Of a stretch of 64,000 bases of DNA, positions 41,043 to 51,272 are shown in pieces (position 1 is the stretch's first letter; each line of letters opens with the position of its first letter). The translations under genes were made by a program, and so were the position numbers. This stretch comes from Bacteroidetes bacterium UBA2322. Lineage in GTDB: Bacteria > Bacteroidota > Bacteroidia > Chitinophagales > UBA2359. The notes under the pieces are model-generated. The model saw nothing but the letters and a program-made list of their open reading frames with translations, did not search any database and was not told the DNA's origin. The stretch is from positions 17,809 to 81,808 of the forward strand of contig DDVC01000073.1 of the NCBI GenBank assembly GCA_002345145.1, given 5' to 3'.

Positions 41043-42008
41043 ATGCTGCAAGAAGAAAAAATACAGTTTCGCAAAGTGCGCAATATGGGCGAAACCATAG
41101 CCGCTGCTACCGCTTTTGTGAGGCAAAACGGCTCTATCTTGTTTAAAAGTATTTTGTATATAGCCATGCCTTTTATTCTGCTGGCAGTGGGCGCTTATAT
41201 TACCATGTTTTACTGGGTTTTTGCAGATTCCTCTACTTTTGACAGTGCCTTTGATGAACTGGGAACTTACACCGGCTTATCGTCATTGTTTTCTTTGCTT
41301 GCCATGCTGGGTTCGGTTATGTTAATAGCGGTGGTGCATGAGTTTATGTTTCTTTACATACGGCGCTCCGATTTTAACCAAATAAGTGTAGCAGAAGTGC
41401 GCAAAAAGGCATTTGATAACTTTGGGTTATACCTCGGCACCACTTTTTTGCTCATCATTGCCTTTACCATTGTTTTTTTTGTTGTAATAATGGTTATGGC
41501 AATCTTCATGGGGTCATTTGTTTTTATGGCAGACCAATCGGATTTTTCTGAAGGTATGGTGGTGTTTTTTATCCTTGCCTTTATTGCATTATCCGTTTTA
41601 GCTACTTATCCGTTTATCGCTCTTTCATTTACTTACGTTGTTAGGGCGGTAGAGGGTAAAGGGTTTGCCGGTGCATTGGGCAGGTGTTTTGAACTCACAA
41701 GCAATAATTGGTTTGCTACTTTTTGGCTATATGTAGTTACTGTGTTTATTACCGCTTCGGTAATAGGATTAATACCGGTACTATTTACCGGAGCAGTAGG
41801 TTTAGTAGTTTACCTGTTTTCGTGGGAACAAGTGGGCATTATTTTATTTTCATTTGCTTATATCCTTTACCTCATAATGGGCATGGTGGTAAACATTATG
41901 GCGCTGATAGTGGTAACATTTAGGTATTTCAGTTTAGTAGAACTGAAAGAAGGGATTGGGCTAAAACGAAAAATTTTGCTGATAGGCGCAGATACAACAG
42001 TTCAGTAA
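41043..42008 (+). CDS. Conserved multi-pass membrane protein, unknown function
   Basis: IQFRKVRNMGE N-terminus, about 6 TM helices, YFSLVELKEG. Confidence 0.7.
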   Translation: MLQEEKIQFRKVRNMGETIAAATAFVRQNGSILFKSILYIAMPFILLAVGAYITMFYWVFADSSTFDSAFDELGTYTGLSSLFSLLAMLGSVMLIAVVHEFMFLYIRRSDFNQISVAEVRKKAFDNFGLYLGTTFLLIIAFTIVFFVVIMVMAIFMGSFVFMADQSDFSEGMVVFFILAFIALSVLATYPFIALSFTYVVRAVEGKGFAGALGRCFELTSNNWFATFWLYVVTVFITASVIGLIPVLFTGAVGLVVYLFSWEQVGIILFSFAYILYLIMGMVVNIMALIVVTFRYFSLVELKEGIGLKRKILLIGADTTVQ

Positions 42009-42055
42009 ATAAAAGCGGTATTACCCAGCCTATCACCTGCTTCCTTATAAGACAA

Positions 42056-42094
42056 GAATCCCCGCCAATGTGCAGAGGCACTTGGCAGGGATTC
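42056..42094. terminator. Hairpin between convergent genes
   Basis: GAATCCC-CGCCAA...TTGGC-AGGGATTC imperfect stem. Confidence 0.45.
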
Positions 42095-42136
42095 AGGTGG
42101 GTGTACCTGTTTTTTACGCTTCGGGAAGTAGTTAGG

Positions 42137-43864
42137 TTATTTAACCATTAGTTTACCCGTGGTAAAAGAGCCGTTGTTGGAAGAGAGGAGGTACAGGTAC
42201 ATACCTCGTGCCAGTCCGCTAAGGTGTAGCGGAAACTCTTGTGGTGCAGAGCCGGCATCAAGGTTTAGGGCAGATATTTGTAAAACGGCTTCGCCCATGA
42301 GGTTGTATAAGGTAAAAGTAGCGTCTTGAACCGGCTTTTTAGTACCAATGCTGAGGGTAGCCTGCTGCGCCGCCGGATTAGGAACAATGTTTACAGAAAA
42401 CGCCTCAGTAGGGTTATAGGTATTGGGCTGTGGCAAAACCGTAGCAATTTCCTCAGCAAAACAAACTGAGCCATCGGGCAGGGTTACACCGTTTAGGCTT
42501 TCGAGGTAAAATATGCCCGTAATCATCATTTCATCGTTTACCGTGTTCCCCCAAGTAATAAAAGGCTGTATCTCATTGTTGAGGTAGGTAGCTTCTTGTA
42601 TCATACCTACCGAGTTTTGCACTTGCAGGTAGCCGTCAAAAATGCGGTTTGGTGGGTGCTGATAATCGTACCCTATTTCTTCGCACTCCGGAATACCGTT
42701 GTATTTGTTGGCATTATAGAGGTGTTCTCCTTTTGTACCATCAGTATTGCGCCGCCATACGTTAAAACTTTGCCCGAAACGATGCGTGTGCGAACTCATT
42801 TGCCAAACATAATAAGTAGAAGGCAAGGAGGCGTTATTTCTAATATCGGCGGTAAAGGTTTGCAGCCCTGCACCATAGGGAATAAACAAAGCAGGGTTTA
42901 TGAGCAAAGTAGTTTTCATTTCCTGAGCTGCTGTGTTAAATGGTTGTGTATAAACATTTACATACACATCGGTAGCCAAAACGGCGGTAGTTGAATAATT
43001 AACCACATGGGTATTGAGGTCTAAAAAACTGTTAGCGTACCACCTAAAAGCGGTACCTTGGGGCAGGCTAACTGTTGCCGATTGCCCAAAGGCGGCTATC
43101 ATGGAGCGCCCTCCGCCCATTTCGTTTTGTTGCAAACCCCATGGGATACTATTAGCATTATTGGTATTGTTGTAGCGGAACATAATCATGTGGTGCGAAC
43201 TGCCTATATTACCCTCTAACCGATGAATTTCTATGTTTTGCGGCAGCAGGGTGGCATATTTGTAGTGGTATTCTTCATCGGGTTGGGCAGCGCCCTGCCA
43301 CGGGGGCAGAAAAATAGGACCCAAATGGATTTGAAAACCCTCGCCCGGGGCGGGTTTAGCGGGCGGGTTGGCGGGGTCTGTTGCCCAAATACCGTTGCCG
43401 CTGTAAAACTCCTCCAACATACTGTGCGAAACAGCCTGTCCGGTGGTGGGGCAGTTAAACAAAATCCACTGTCGTATCAGTTCTTTGTGCAGGTTGCTGA
43501 TATTTATCCCTGCATGTATATTGCCGGGGTCTTCTTCGGGCAGCAGGGTTTCGTGCGGTGATAAACCGTTGTTTACCAGCATAAACAACTTGCTGCGGTA
43601 GGGGTGCCCCGGAAAAACACGTTTATTGTTTGCCGCTTGTGATACGGCATTGGTAGCATTAACATCATACAAGGCAGCCCTTATTTGGGCGGGCGTACCC
43701 TCTAAGCTAAGCCCGCCGGCGGCGCTTGCTGCGGCATGGCAACCGGCATTGTTGCACTGTGCATTAAAAACTTGTGTAATAATGCGGTCAAAAGTGCCTT
43801 GCTGGGCAGATGCTGCCAAATTCAAAAACAACAAACAGGCATAGTAGAAATAGCTTTTTTGCAT
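42137..43864 (-). CDS. T9SS-secreted copper type II (PHM/DBH-like) monooxygenase with N-terminal heme-c-like motif
   Basis: Signal peptide; CNNAGCH; SHH, SHTH and DEMM Cu ligands; T9SS CTD (VPNPA...YNLMG...GMYLY...GKLMVK). Confidence 0.7.
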   Translation of the reverse strand: MQKSYFYYACLLFLNLAASAQQGTFDRIITQVFNAQCNNAGCHAAASAAGGLSLEGTPAQIRAALYDVNATNAVSQAANNKRVFPGHPYRSKLFMLVNNGLSPHETLLPEEDPGNIHAGINISNLHKELIRQWILFNCPTTGQAVSHSMLEEFYSGNGIWATDPANPPAKPAPGEGFQIHLGPIFLPPWQGAAQPDEEYHYKYATLLPQNIEIHRLEGNIGSSHHMIMFRYNNTNNANSIPWGLQQNEMGGGRSMIAAFGQSATVSLPQGTAFRWYANSFLDLNTHVVNYSTTAVLATDVYVNVYTQPFNTAAQEMKTTLLINPALFIPYGAGLQTFTADIRNNASLPSTYYVWQMSSHTHRFGQSFNVWRRNTDGTKGEHLYNANKYNGIPECEEIGYDYQHPPNRIFDGYLQVQNSVGMIQEATYLNNEIQPFITWGNTVNDEMMITGIFYLESLNGVTLPDGSVCFAEEIATVLPQPNTYNPTEAFSVNIVPNPAAQQATLSIGTKKPVQDATFTLYNLMGEAVLQISALNLDAGSAPQEFPLHLSGLARGMYLYLLSSNNGSFTTGKLMVK

Positions 43865-43984
43865 AGCAACTGAAAATTTGAGGAGTTAAATTGCCGGTTC
43901 AAAAGTAATTTTTTTCTCCAAATTTTCCGCTATCGCTTGGCATTTTTTTTACCCAATGCAATAAATATCTAAATTTTGCCATCA

Positions 43985-44620
43985 CTACTCTTCATCGGGC
44001 AACAACTCTAACGGTTGAATATCGGCAGCCTTAAACTGTTTGTTAATTTTGGCTATATAATCTAAAAGTTCCTCTTTACCCAATCTTTTTTCTGCCGATG
44101 TGCGGAGCATATCGGGCAGGGCTTCCCAAGTTTGGAGCATTGCTTTTTTAAACACTTCTATGTTTTGGGGCTTGTATTTTTTATCGTCAATTTTGGTAAA
44201 AACGATGACAAACGGAATTTGCCGCTCGCCAAGCCAGTTGGCAAATTCAAGGTCAAGGGTTTGTGGCGGTATTCTGCTGTCTATGAGCAGAAAAACGCAT
44301 TGCAGGTTGGGGCGTTTTACAAGGTAGTTCTGAATAAACTTTTCCCAATCTCGGCGCTGCGTTTTGGATACTTTGGCATAACCATAGCCCGGCAAATCAA
44401 CCAAATACCAGTTATTATTGATGATAAAATGGTTTATGGTTTGCGTTTTACCCGGCGTTATAGATACTTTTGCCAATGATTTTCGTCCGGTAAGCATGTT
44501 AATGAGCGATGACTTACCCACGTTAGACCTGCCCACAAACGCATATTCAGGCTTATCGGGCGGCGGGCACTGGCTCACTTTTACAAAACTGCCTATAAAG
44601 TGCGATGCGGTAATTTCCAT
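43985..44620 (-). CDS. yihA: Ribosome biogenesis GTPase YihA/YsxC (EngB)
   Basis: GRSNVGKSS, PGKTQ, DLPGYG, TKID. Confidence 0.96.
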   Translation of the reverse strand: MEITASHFIGSFVKVSQCPPPDKPEYAFVGRSNVGKSSLINMLTGRKSLAKVSITPGKTQTINHFIINNNWYLVDLPGYGYAKVSKTQRRDWEKFIQNYLVKRPNLQCVFLLIDSRIPPQTLDLEFANWLGERQIPFVIVFTKIDDKKYKPQNIEVFKKAMLQTWEALPDMLRTSAEKRLGKEELLDYIAKINKQFKAADIQPLELLPDEE

Positions 44621-44623
44621 AAA

Positions 44624-45385
44624 TTAAAGAGACGTTTTGATGCTTTTGCGCCGGAGGTTAAAATTTTGAATAACCCAAACCGTAGCGCCATGTTTAAAAT
44701 TAAAGCCCGATGTAGCAAGCGGAATCATGCGGTGGTGGTAGCCCGCCATTACCGATATGTGTTTGTGGTTAATGCCGGCAAGGGCAAAAATGCGGTTTTG
44801 GTCTAAGCGTTTACCGGTGTATTGCTGCCCAAAGTTAAGCAAAATTTCGTTCATGAGGGTAAATGTTAGCCTACTTTGGGGCGAAAGGTTGGTTATATGA
44901 AAGTTTAGGCTGTTCATAAACCGGAGGCGGTGGTAAAAAAGGAACTCATCGGTTGGTTGGGCGGCAACCATTTTTTGCCTGAATCGGGCATCATAACGTA
45001 TCCTAAAGCGGTAGGTTGTTTTGTAAATCAAGGGCAGCCTCAGCTCTAACTGCCCCCAGGGGCGATGCTCCTGCCTTACCAATTTAGCTGATGCAGCAGT
45101 AGCAGTAACCAAAAAAGCATAACCCGATGTAAGGGCAGTTTTTTCGGTAATATGCCAGGTAAGCCCGTGGCGGTTAATGAAAAACGCAGTAGGCACTAAG
45201 TGAAAATCGTTCCACACCGAAAAGTGTTTGCTTACTCGGGCAGAGGTAATGTAACCCGCCCAAAACTCGGCATTGTGTGTGTTCTGAGCCAAGGCAGCCG
45301 TTGTTATTATTAGGCAGGTAAGCCACAAAATGGTTTTAGCGGCAACATTTAGCAGTAACAATTTATTCGCCTTTAACTTGTTCAT
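44624..45385 (-). CDS. DUF2490-like outer-membrane beta-barrel protein
   Basis: Signal peptide; EHRPWGQ, RFRIRYDARF, NEILLNF, DQNRIF. Confidence 0.8.
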   Translation of the reverse strand: MNKLKANKLLLLNVAAKTILWLTCLIITTAALAQNTHNAEFWAGYITSARVSKHFSVWNDFHLVPTAFFINRHGLTWHITEKTALTSGYAFLVTATAASAKLVRQEHRPWGQLELRLPLIYKTTYRFRIRYDARFRQKMVAAQPTDEFLFYHRLRFMNSLNFHITNLSPQSRLTFTLMNEILLNFGQQYTGKRLDQNRIFALAGINHKHISVMAGYHHRMIPLATSGFNFKHGATVWVIQNFNLRRKSIKTSL

Positions 45386-45438
45386 CTTTACCGGTAACCC
45401 GTTTTGCTATATTTATACATGTTCAAAATTATCGGCTT

Positions 45439-46209
45439 TTATGTTATGTACTTTTCAAATGGTTTCACAAATCGGGTAACCATATCATCGGCTCTTCTTC
45501 GGGCTTGTGCCACAAAATGAACTAAGTAAGATTTAGCCCAATCTTCCATACTACCTGTGTAATTCTGGTCTAAGTCGGAAACATGAAACTGAATTTGCAT
45601 AGCTGCTGCCCAATTAATGTATAGGTTGGCTGGGTTACATTTAAACAAGTACGCAACGTGAGCATCATTGTATATTAACTTATCGTGGTCAAGTTTCCAG
45701 TCAATTTGAAGATAATTGATGGTGAAACTATCAAATTCCTGATTATCAAACATTTTTGCACAAACCTGCGCTAATTTAAATGCGGATATGATATTAGGCG
45801 GCTGTGCCGATTTTGCTAAATTTCGAGTTTTAATATCTATAATTTCATAAAAATTGCCTTTCACAACCAAAATATCGGCTGTATCATTTTGCTTTTCATC
45901 AAATGGGTTTTCAATACTCCACTTGTCGGTAGCATTTTTGCCCCTACTCAATAAAAATAAAACAGTTGGGGAGTTAAATAATGCCTGCCTTGCCTCGTAA
46001 CCAATTATAGCCGGGTGTTTGCTATATAAATCGTTTAGATATTCATACTGCCTAAAAGTATATTGAGGCAACTGTTTTTTAATTTCCCGATAAACATATT
46101 TATCGAACGGCTCACCTGCCGCATGTCCCGATAAAGTACCCGATATAGGTTTGGGTATAGACGTTCCTTTAATACTGTTAATTAATTCAGTATAATTTAC
46201 TATATTCAT
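45439..46209 (-). CDS. HincII-like type II restriction endonuclease
   Basis: GTLSGHAAGEPF, QNDTADIL, DIKTRN..SAQPPNIISA, LYINWAAAMQIQFHV, all as in HincII; ATGA overlap with the MTase stop. Confidence 0.92.
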   Translation of the reverse strand: MNIVNYTELINSIKGTSIPKPISGTLSGHAAGEPFDKYVYREIKKQLPQYTFRQYEYLNDLYSKHPAIIGYEARQALFNSPTVLFLLSRGKNATDKWSIENPFDEKQNDTADILVVKGNFYEIIDIKTRNLAKSAQPPNIISAFKLAQVCAKMFDNQEFDSFTINYLQIDWKLDHDKLIYNDAHVAYLFKCNPANLYINWAAAMQIQFHVSDLDQNYTGSMEDWAKSYLVHFVAQARRRADDMVTRFVKPFEKYIT

Positions 46210-47804
46210 GGCATATTGAGCAAATGGTTAAATGTTTGATTTATCAGGTTCAGCAGTTCCCTATCTTTGGAGCAGAGGTATTGCCGGGTTAGTTCTGATA
46301 TAGTATCATGTACAGCAACCTCTTTTGGGTTAGCCCAATCTATTGCCCTAAAAGGAATACTGGAAATAGGTTTTTCAGAAAACTCAACGATATTTCCTTT
46401 CACAATTCCATTACATTTTAACCAATCGAAAACAATTGGCAGGTTTAGGTACGACAAAATATATTCTATACTTTCCTTAGTGGTTGGTTTTTTAAAAATT
46501 GCCGTTACATCTTGTGTTGGAAAAAAGCCCTTCTCAACTAAGGCAAACCGGAAATGATTTTTATTGGAAATCCGCTCTTTGCAAGGCACAAAGATTCGCT
46601 TTTCGGGCTTATTAAATAGGTTTAAGTTTCTCAGAAAAACCCACTCCCAATAATTTATTTTCCTGTTATACTGGTATCTTTTTTCTAAATCAGCTTTATA
46701 GGGTTTAAAGTGTTGGTAAAAATGGGGGTATTTTTCTTTAAAAGTTGCTTCGGTTAGTCCTTCTTCTACATAAATATAGGTAGTAGCATTTTCGGCATAA
46801 AAGGGTTTTAGGTCTTTGGCTTTTACCACCTTCATTGTTGCAGCAAGTTCACGGTTGGTTAATACAGCGCCATTTACCTGAAATGCTTTGTCTAAACCAC
46901 TCACCAACCCATTACCAATATCGCAAATATCTCCAATGGTATAAAGCTCTACATTTCCCTCATCAAACAAGGATAGCGGAGCATTTGCATTAAACTTGCT
47001 GCAACTGTTTTCAAAAATCTTTAACCTCTCTTGTACTTCATCGGCATGTAAAATCCACCTTTCGTTTAGTTTAAATTGAGAAACCGATAGGTATTCGACA
47101 TCTTTACATGGCGTTTGATTTTTGAGGGCTGTAAGTGTTTTCTTAGTAAGTTTTTGGTTGGCATAAAATTTTGCAACCTTAATAGAAGGTTTTTTTTCTT
47201 TTGATTTTATGTACTTAAAAACAACAATAGACACTGTTACCTTATCAAAAACAGGGGTTTCATTAAAATGGTATATTTCTTCAAAATAACCATTCTCTAC
47301 CATATAATTCCGAAGTGAAATAGAGTGGGTAGTGTTCATCCAGTATTCGGGACAAACAAAAATGAGCTGCCCATTTTGGTTCAACAACTCAATAGACTTT
47401 AAGATGAAGATGTAGAGATAATCGCAAAGAGAGTTGAAGTATTTATTCCAAATTACACTTTTGGCAAGCTCCTGTTTTAGCTCGGTTTCAAGGTTTTTCC
47501 AACGTATATAAGGCGGATTTCCGATAACAAGGTCAAACTTGTTTTCAATTTTTGCCGAAACAAAACTCTCATACTTCACGCATGAAAATTCGTTCGCCAA
47601 ATGGGGATCTATTTCATAAGCGGTTAAGTTGTTGAAGCCTTTTTGTTGTAATAATTTCAAAAAAATGCCCTCACCGCAAGAAGGCTCTAAAATTGTAGAA
47701 GATGGAAAAATATCAGCCAACTCAATCATAAATTCGGCCACTACTTTAGGGGTAAAGTATTGACCGAATTTATTCTTGGTGTTTTGTTTAACGGAAATTT
47801 CCAT
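46206..47804 (-). CDS. N6-adenine DNA methyltransferase (M.HincII-like)
   Basis: GQYFTP, LEPSCGEG, IGNPPY; cognate partner of the REase. Confidence 0.93.
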   Translation of the reverse strand: MEISVKQNTKNKFGQYFTPKVVAEFMIELADIFPSSTILEPSCGEGIFLKLLQQKGFNNLTAYEIDPHLANEFSCVKYESFVSAKIENKFDLVIGNPPYIRWKNLETELKQELAKSVIWNKYFNSLCDYLYIFILKSIELLNQNGQLIFVCPEYWMNTTHSISLRNYMVENGYFEEIYHFNETPVFDKVTVSIVVFKYIKSKEKKPSIKVAKFYANQKLTKKTLTALKNQTPCKDVEYLSVSQFKLNERWILHADEVQERLKIFENSCSKFNANAPLSLFDEGNVELYTIGDICDIGNGLVSGLDKAFQVNGAVLTNRELAATMKVVKAKDLKPFYAENATTYIYVEEGLTEATFKEKYPHFYQHFKPYKADLEKRYQYNRKINYWEWVFLRNLNLFNKPEKRIFVPCKERISNKNHFRFALVEKGFFPTQDVTAIFKKPTTKESIEYILSYLNLPIVFDWLKCNGIVKGNIVEFSEKPISSIPFRAIDWANPKEVAVHDTISELTRQYLCSKDRELLNLINQTFNHLLNMP

Positions 47805-47827
47805 TCTCTTGTCTTTTCTACTTTTAA

Positions 47828-47835
47828 CAAAGATA
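47828..47835 (-). promoter_or_regulatory. -7 element TATCTTTG for the RM operon
   Basis: TAnnTTTG about 23 nt upstream of the MTase ATG. Confidence 0.5.
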
Positions 47836-47931
47836 GAAAACTTGGGCGGTTTTTATTTGTTTATGAACCTTGCTGCAATTTAGAAGCGGCTTACCCCAAA
47901 CCAAACGGATACAACTTTATAGTTTAAGCAA

Positions 47932-49755
47932 TTAAACCGAAGCACTTTCTGCCTGTTTTTCCATACGGCGGCGGTCGTTTTCGTCTAAGTATATTTTGCG
48001 CAGCCTGATGCTTTGGGGGGTAATTTCTACATACTCGCCGTCTTCTATGTATTCCATAGCTTCTTCTAACGAGAACTTAATAGCGGGTGGCAGTTTTACC
48101 TTCTCATCGGTGCCCGATGCGCGCACGTTGCTTAGTTTTTTGGTTTTGGTAAGGTTAACCACCAAGTCGTTTGAACGGGTGTGTTCGCCCACTATTTGCC
48201 CTTCGTAAATGGCATCGCCGGGTTCAACAAAAAACATACCTCGGTCTTGTAGTTTATCAAGGGTGTAAGCAATGGCAGTGCCGGTTTCCATAGAAATAAG
48301 GGTGCCGTTTATGCGCGAGGGCAACTCACCTTTCCATGGGCGGTACTCGGTAAAGCGGTGTGCCATAATAGCTTCGCCGGCGGTGGTATTAAGTATTATG
48401 GTACGCAAACCAATCAATCCGCGCGAGGGGATGTTAAATTCTAAGTGCATTACATCGCTTTTGGGAGTCATAATAGCCAGCTCGCCCCCGCGTTGTGTAG
48501 CCAGTTCTATTACCTTACCCGCTTTTCCTTCGGGCGTATCTATGGTAAGTATTTCATAGGGCTCGCATTTTTGTCCGTTTATGGTGCGAATAATTACCTT
48601 AGGTTTGCCCACTTGCAGTTCATATCCTTCGCGGCGCATGGTTTCTATAAGGATAGACAAGTGTAAAACGCCCCTGCCATAAACTATGTAAGCATCGGGC
48701 GAGTCGGTTTCTTCTACTTTCAGGGCAAGATTTTTTTCGGTTTCCTTAAAAAGGCGGTCGCGCAGGTGTCGGGAGGTAACAAATTTACCCTCTTTGCCAA
48801 AAAACGGCGAGTTGTTAATGGTAAAAAACATGCCCATTGTAGGCTCGTCAATGGCAATGGCAGGCAGCGCTTCGGGGTTTTCAAAATCGGCAATGGTATC
48901 GCCTATTTCAAAGCCCTCTACGCCGGTAATGGCGCACAAATCGCCGCAAACTACCTTATCGGTTTTTACTTTACCTAAACCCTCAAAGGCATATACCTCT
49001 TTTATGCGCGATTTTACGATACTGCCATCGCGTTTTACCAAACTTACCGGCGTGTTTTCGGTAATAGTGCCGCGCGCAACTCGCCCAACGGCAATTCTCC
49101 CTATATAAGCAGAGTAGTCAATATTGGTAACTTGCATTTGCACAGTACCCTCTATAAAAGGCGGTGCGGGTATGGCTTCTAAAATTACATCAAGCAGGTG
49201 GGTAACATCGGTAGAGGTTGTTTTCCAGTCGCCGCTCATCCAACCTTGTTTGGCAGAGCCGTAAACAGTAGGAAAATCTAACTGCTCTTCGGTGGCATCG
49301 AGGTTAAACATGAGGTCAAAAATTTCTTCGTGCACCTCATCGGGACGGCAGTTTTCCTTGTCCACTTTATTTATAACCACAATAGGTTTTAGGCGTTTGG
49401 CAAGCGCTTTTTGCAGCACATAACGGGTTTGCGGCATAGCGCCCTCAAAAGCATCAACTAACAGCAGCACACCGTCTGCCATGTTTAGTACGCGCTCCAC
49501 TTCGCCACCAAAATCGGCGTGCCCGGGCGTATCAATGATGTTAATTTTTACCCCTTTATAGGTTACCGATACATTTTTAGACAAGATGGTAATGCCGCGC
49601 TCGCGTTCCAGTTCGTTGTTGTCTAAGATAAGTTCGCCGGTTTTTTGGTGGTCGGCAAAGAGTTTGCACTGGTGCAGAATTTTGTCAACCAAGGTAGTTT
49701 TACCGTGGTCAACGTGGGCAATAATGGCGATATTGCGGATGGCTTGATTTTGCAT
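47932..49755 (-). CDS. typA: Translational GTPase TypA/BipA
   Basis: [28 protein letters not shown]; start MQNQAIRN (49755). Confidence 0.97.
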   Translation of the reverse strand: MQNQAIRNIAIIAHVDHGKTTLVDKILHQCKLFADHQKTGELILDNNELERERGITILSKNVSVTYKGVKINIIDTPGHADFGGEVERVLNMADGVLLLVDAFEGAMPQTRYVLQKALAKRLKPIVVINKVDKENCRPDEVHEEIFDLMFNLDATEEQLDFPTVYGSAKQGWMSGDWKTTSTDVTHLLDVILEAIPAPPFIEGTVQMQVTNIDYSAYIGRIAVGRVARGTITENTPVSLVKRDGSIVKSRIKEVYAFEGLGKVKTDKVVCGDLCAITGVEGFEIGDTIADFENPEALPAIAIDEPTMGMFFTINNSPFFGKEGKFVTSRHLRDRLFKETEKNLALKVEETDSPDAYIVYGRGVLHLSILIETMRREGYELQVGKPKVIIRTINGQKCEPYEILTIDTPEGKAGKVIELATQRGGELAIMTPKSDVMHLEFNIPSRGLIGLRTIILNTTAGEAIMAHRFTEYRPWKGELPSRINGTLISMETGTAIAYTLDKLQDRGMFFVEPGDAIYEGQIVGEHTRSNDLVVNLTKTKKLSNVRASGTDEKVKLPPAIKFSLEEAMEYIEDGEYVEITPQSIRLRKIYLDENDRRRMEKQAESASV

Positions 49756-49797
49756 GAGAATATAAAATAAAATGCAGTAATGTTCCGATTCGGGGTG

Positions 49798-49805
49798 CAA
49801 AGGTA
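49798..49805 (-). promoter_or_regulatory. -7 element TACCTTTG for typA
   Basis: TAnnTTTG about 40 nt upstream of the ATG. Confidence 0.5.
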
Positions 49806-50015
49806 CGCAAAATAATCGGCAAATTGGTTGCATGGGTATAATCCCGATGAAAAGTTTAAAGATTTGGTCATAATTTGTGTTAAAGTAATTAAGGCAATTA
49901 TTTCCATTGTTCGTTCTAACGGAAAAATAGGGCTTGTTTATACAAACTTACACTGCTGCAACTTGCAAAAGGGCAAGCTAAACCAAATGACAACCGGTTT
50001 ATGACATGGAGCAAC

Positions 50016-51206
50016 TTAGTTTGCCCGATGCTGCTTTACAAATTCTGTTGTAATTGGCGGCACATAATTAACCGAGCCAAAAACAACCCAAAATCGGGTT
50101 TTAAAACTGCGGTTTGCTTTCAGTTCATATAGTATTTTTGCCAATCCGCCGTATAAAATTCTAAGCGGGTTCATCACAATAGGCGGGTTATGGGTAAGCC
50201 CCACTTGTGGTGTTTGCGCAGGTGGCTCGGCATAGGTGCCAAAAATGCGGTCCCACAGGCAAAAAGGTCCGCCGGTTAGGTTTGCCATTTGATGCTCTTG
50301 TGCCGATGAGTGGTGCAAAAAGTGGTAAATGCCGCCGCCGGTAATATCGCACAAAAAGCGCAAAACCCGATTTTTATAGGCGGTGGTGTAATGAACGCCG
50401 CTATGGTTAAAAATTTCGATAAAATAACTCAGCAAAAAATACATGCTGCCCTCAAACAGCATAGGCTGGGTGTAAACTATTTTCCCGATGATAATAAAAA
50501 CCACCCCTCTGGGCAATGCCAAAAAGAAATCAAACAAATAAGCGGGCGCATTTGCCATAGGGTGTAAAATTTCGGCAGCATGATGCGGCTGGTGAAACAC
50601 ATACCAAACAAACCGAGAGGTATGTGCCAGCCGATGTACAAAATACTCGGGCAGCGAGCTCAAAACCAAGGCAAGCAGTAAGGCAAGGGGGTAAAACTTT
50701 ACGTTAAACAACGTTGGGATATGGTTGTTTACCCAATGATATAACCCCTGCACTACCCTCTCGGCAAAATGAAATCCGTGGGCAAAGGTGTATCCGGCAC
50801 TCCAAAACATGCCGCCGGCTATTGCCAACACCAGCAAATTAACCGCAAGGGCAGTGACAATGGCAGTGAAATAAACCACAAAATCGCGCCTAAATTTATC
50901 GGGGTTATGGGTTTTGAGTGTTTTAAAATACGAGTCCACAATTATGCCATACCTAAAAATAATACACAAAGCCGCCACCACCAACCAAATATGCACATAA
51001 TACCCAAACCCCACATCGGGGTTGTTGCCTTTAATGGCTTGCAAATAATGTGGTAGGTTAAATTCGCTGTGCATGGTAAACAATACCTCTACTACCGGAT
51101 ACCACAATCCTACCACCAATACCACCAGTAGTGCAAACACAGCATAATAGGGTTTACCTATTTCAAACTCTGTGTTCCAAAGCCGGCTCAACCACTTTTT
51201 TACCAT
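50016..51206 (-). CDS. Sterol desaturase / fatty acid hydroxylase family membrane protein
   Basis: His boxes HRLAH, HQPHH, NHSG, HFLHH; WDRIFGT. Confidence 0.85.
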   Translation of the reverse strand: MVKKWLSRLWNTEFEIGKPYYAVFALLVVLVVGLWYPVVEVLFTMHSEFNLPHYLQAIKGNNPDVGFGYYVHIWLVVAALCIIFRYGIIVDSYFKTLKTHNPDKFRRDFVVYFTAIVTALAVNLLVLAIAGGMFWSAGYTFAHGFHFAERVVQGLYHWVNNHIPTLFNVKFYPLALLLALVLSSLPEYFVHRLAHTSRFVWYVFHQPHHAAEILHPMANAPAYLFDFFLALPRGVVFIIIGKIVYTQPMLFEGSMYFLLSYFIEIFNHSGVHYTTAYKNRVLRFLCDITGGGIYHFLHHSSAQEHQMANLTGGPFCLWDRIFGTYAEPPAQTPQVGLTHNPPIVMNPLRILYGGLAKILYELKANRSFKTRFWVVFGSVNYVPPITTEFVKQHRAN

Positions 51207-51272
51207 TTCTGCCTAATTATTATTGGGGAAACGCAGGCTGGGCGGTGTGTGGTGTGTAAAACAGCAAAAATA

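Noticed and set aside
50016-51206. Membrane protein after cmr6 as a type III membrane effector
   Set aside because: Its His boxes identify a sterol desaturase-family enzyme with no CARF/SAVED domain; probably an unrelated neighbour.
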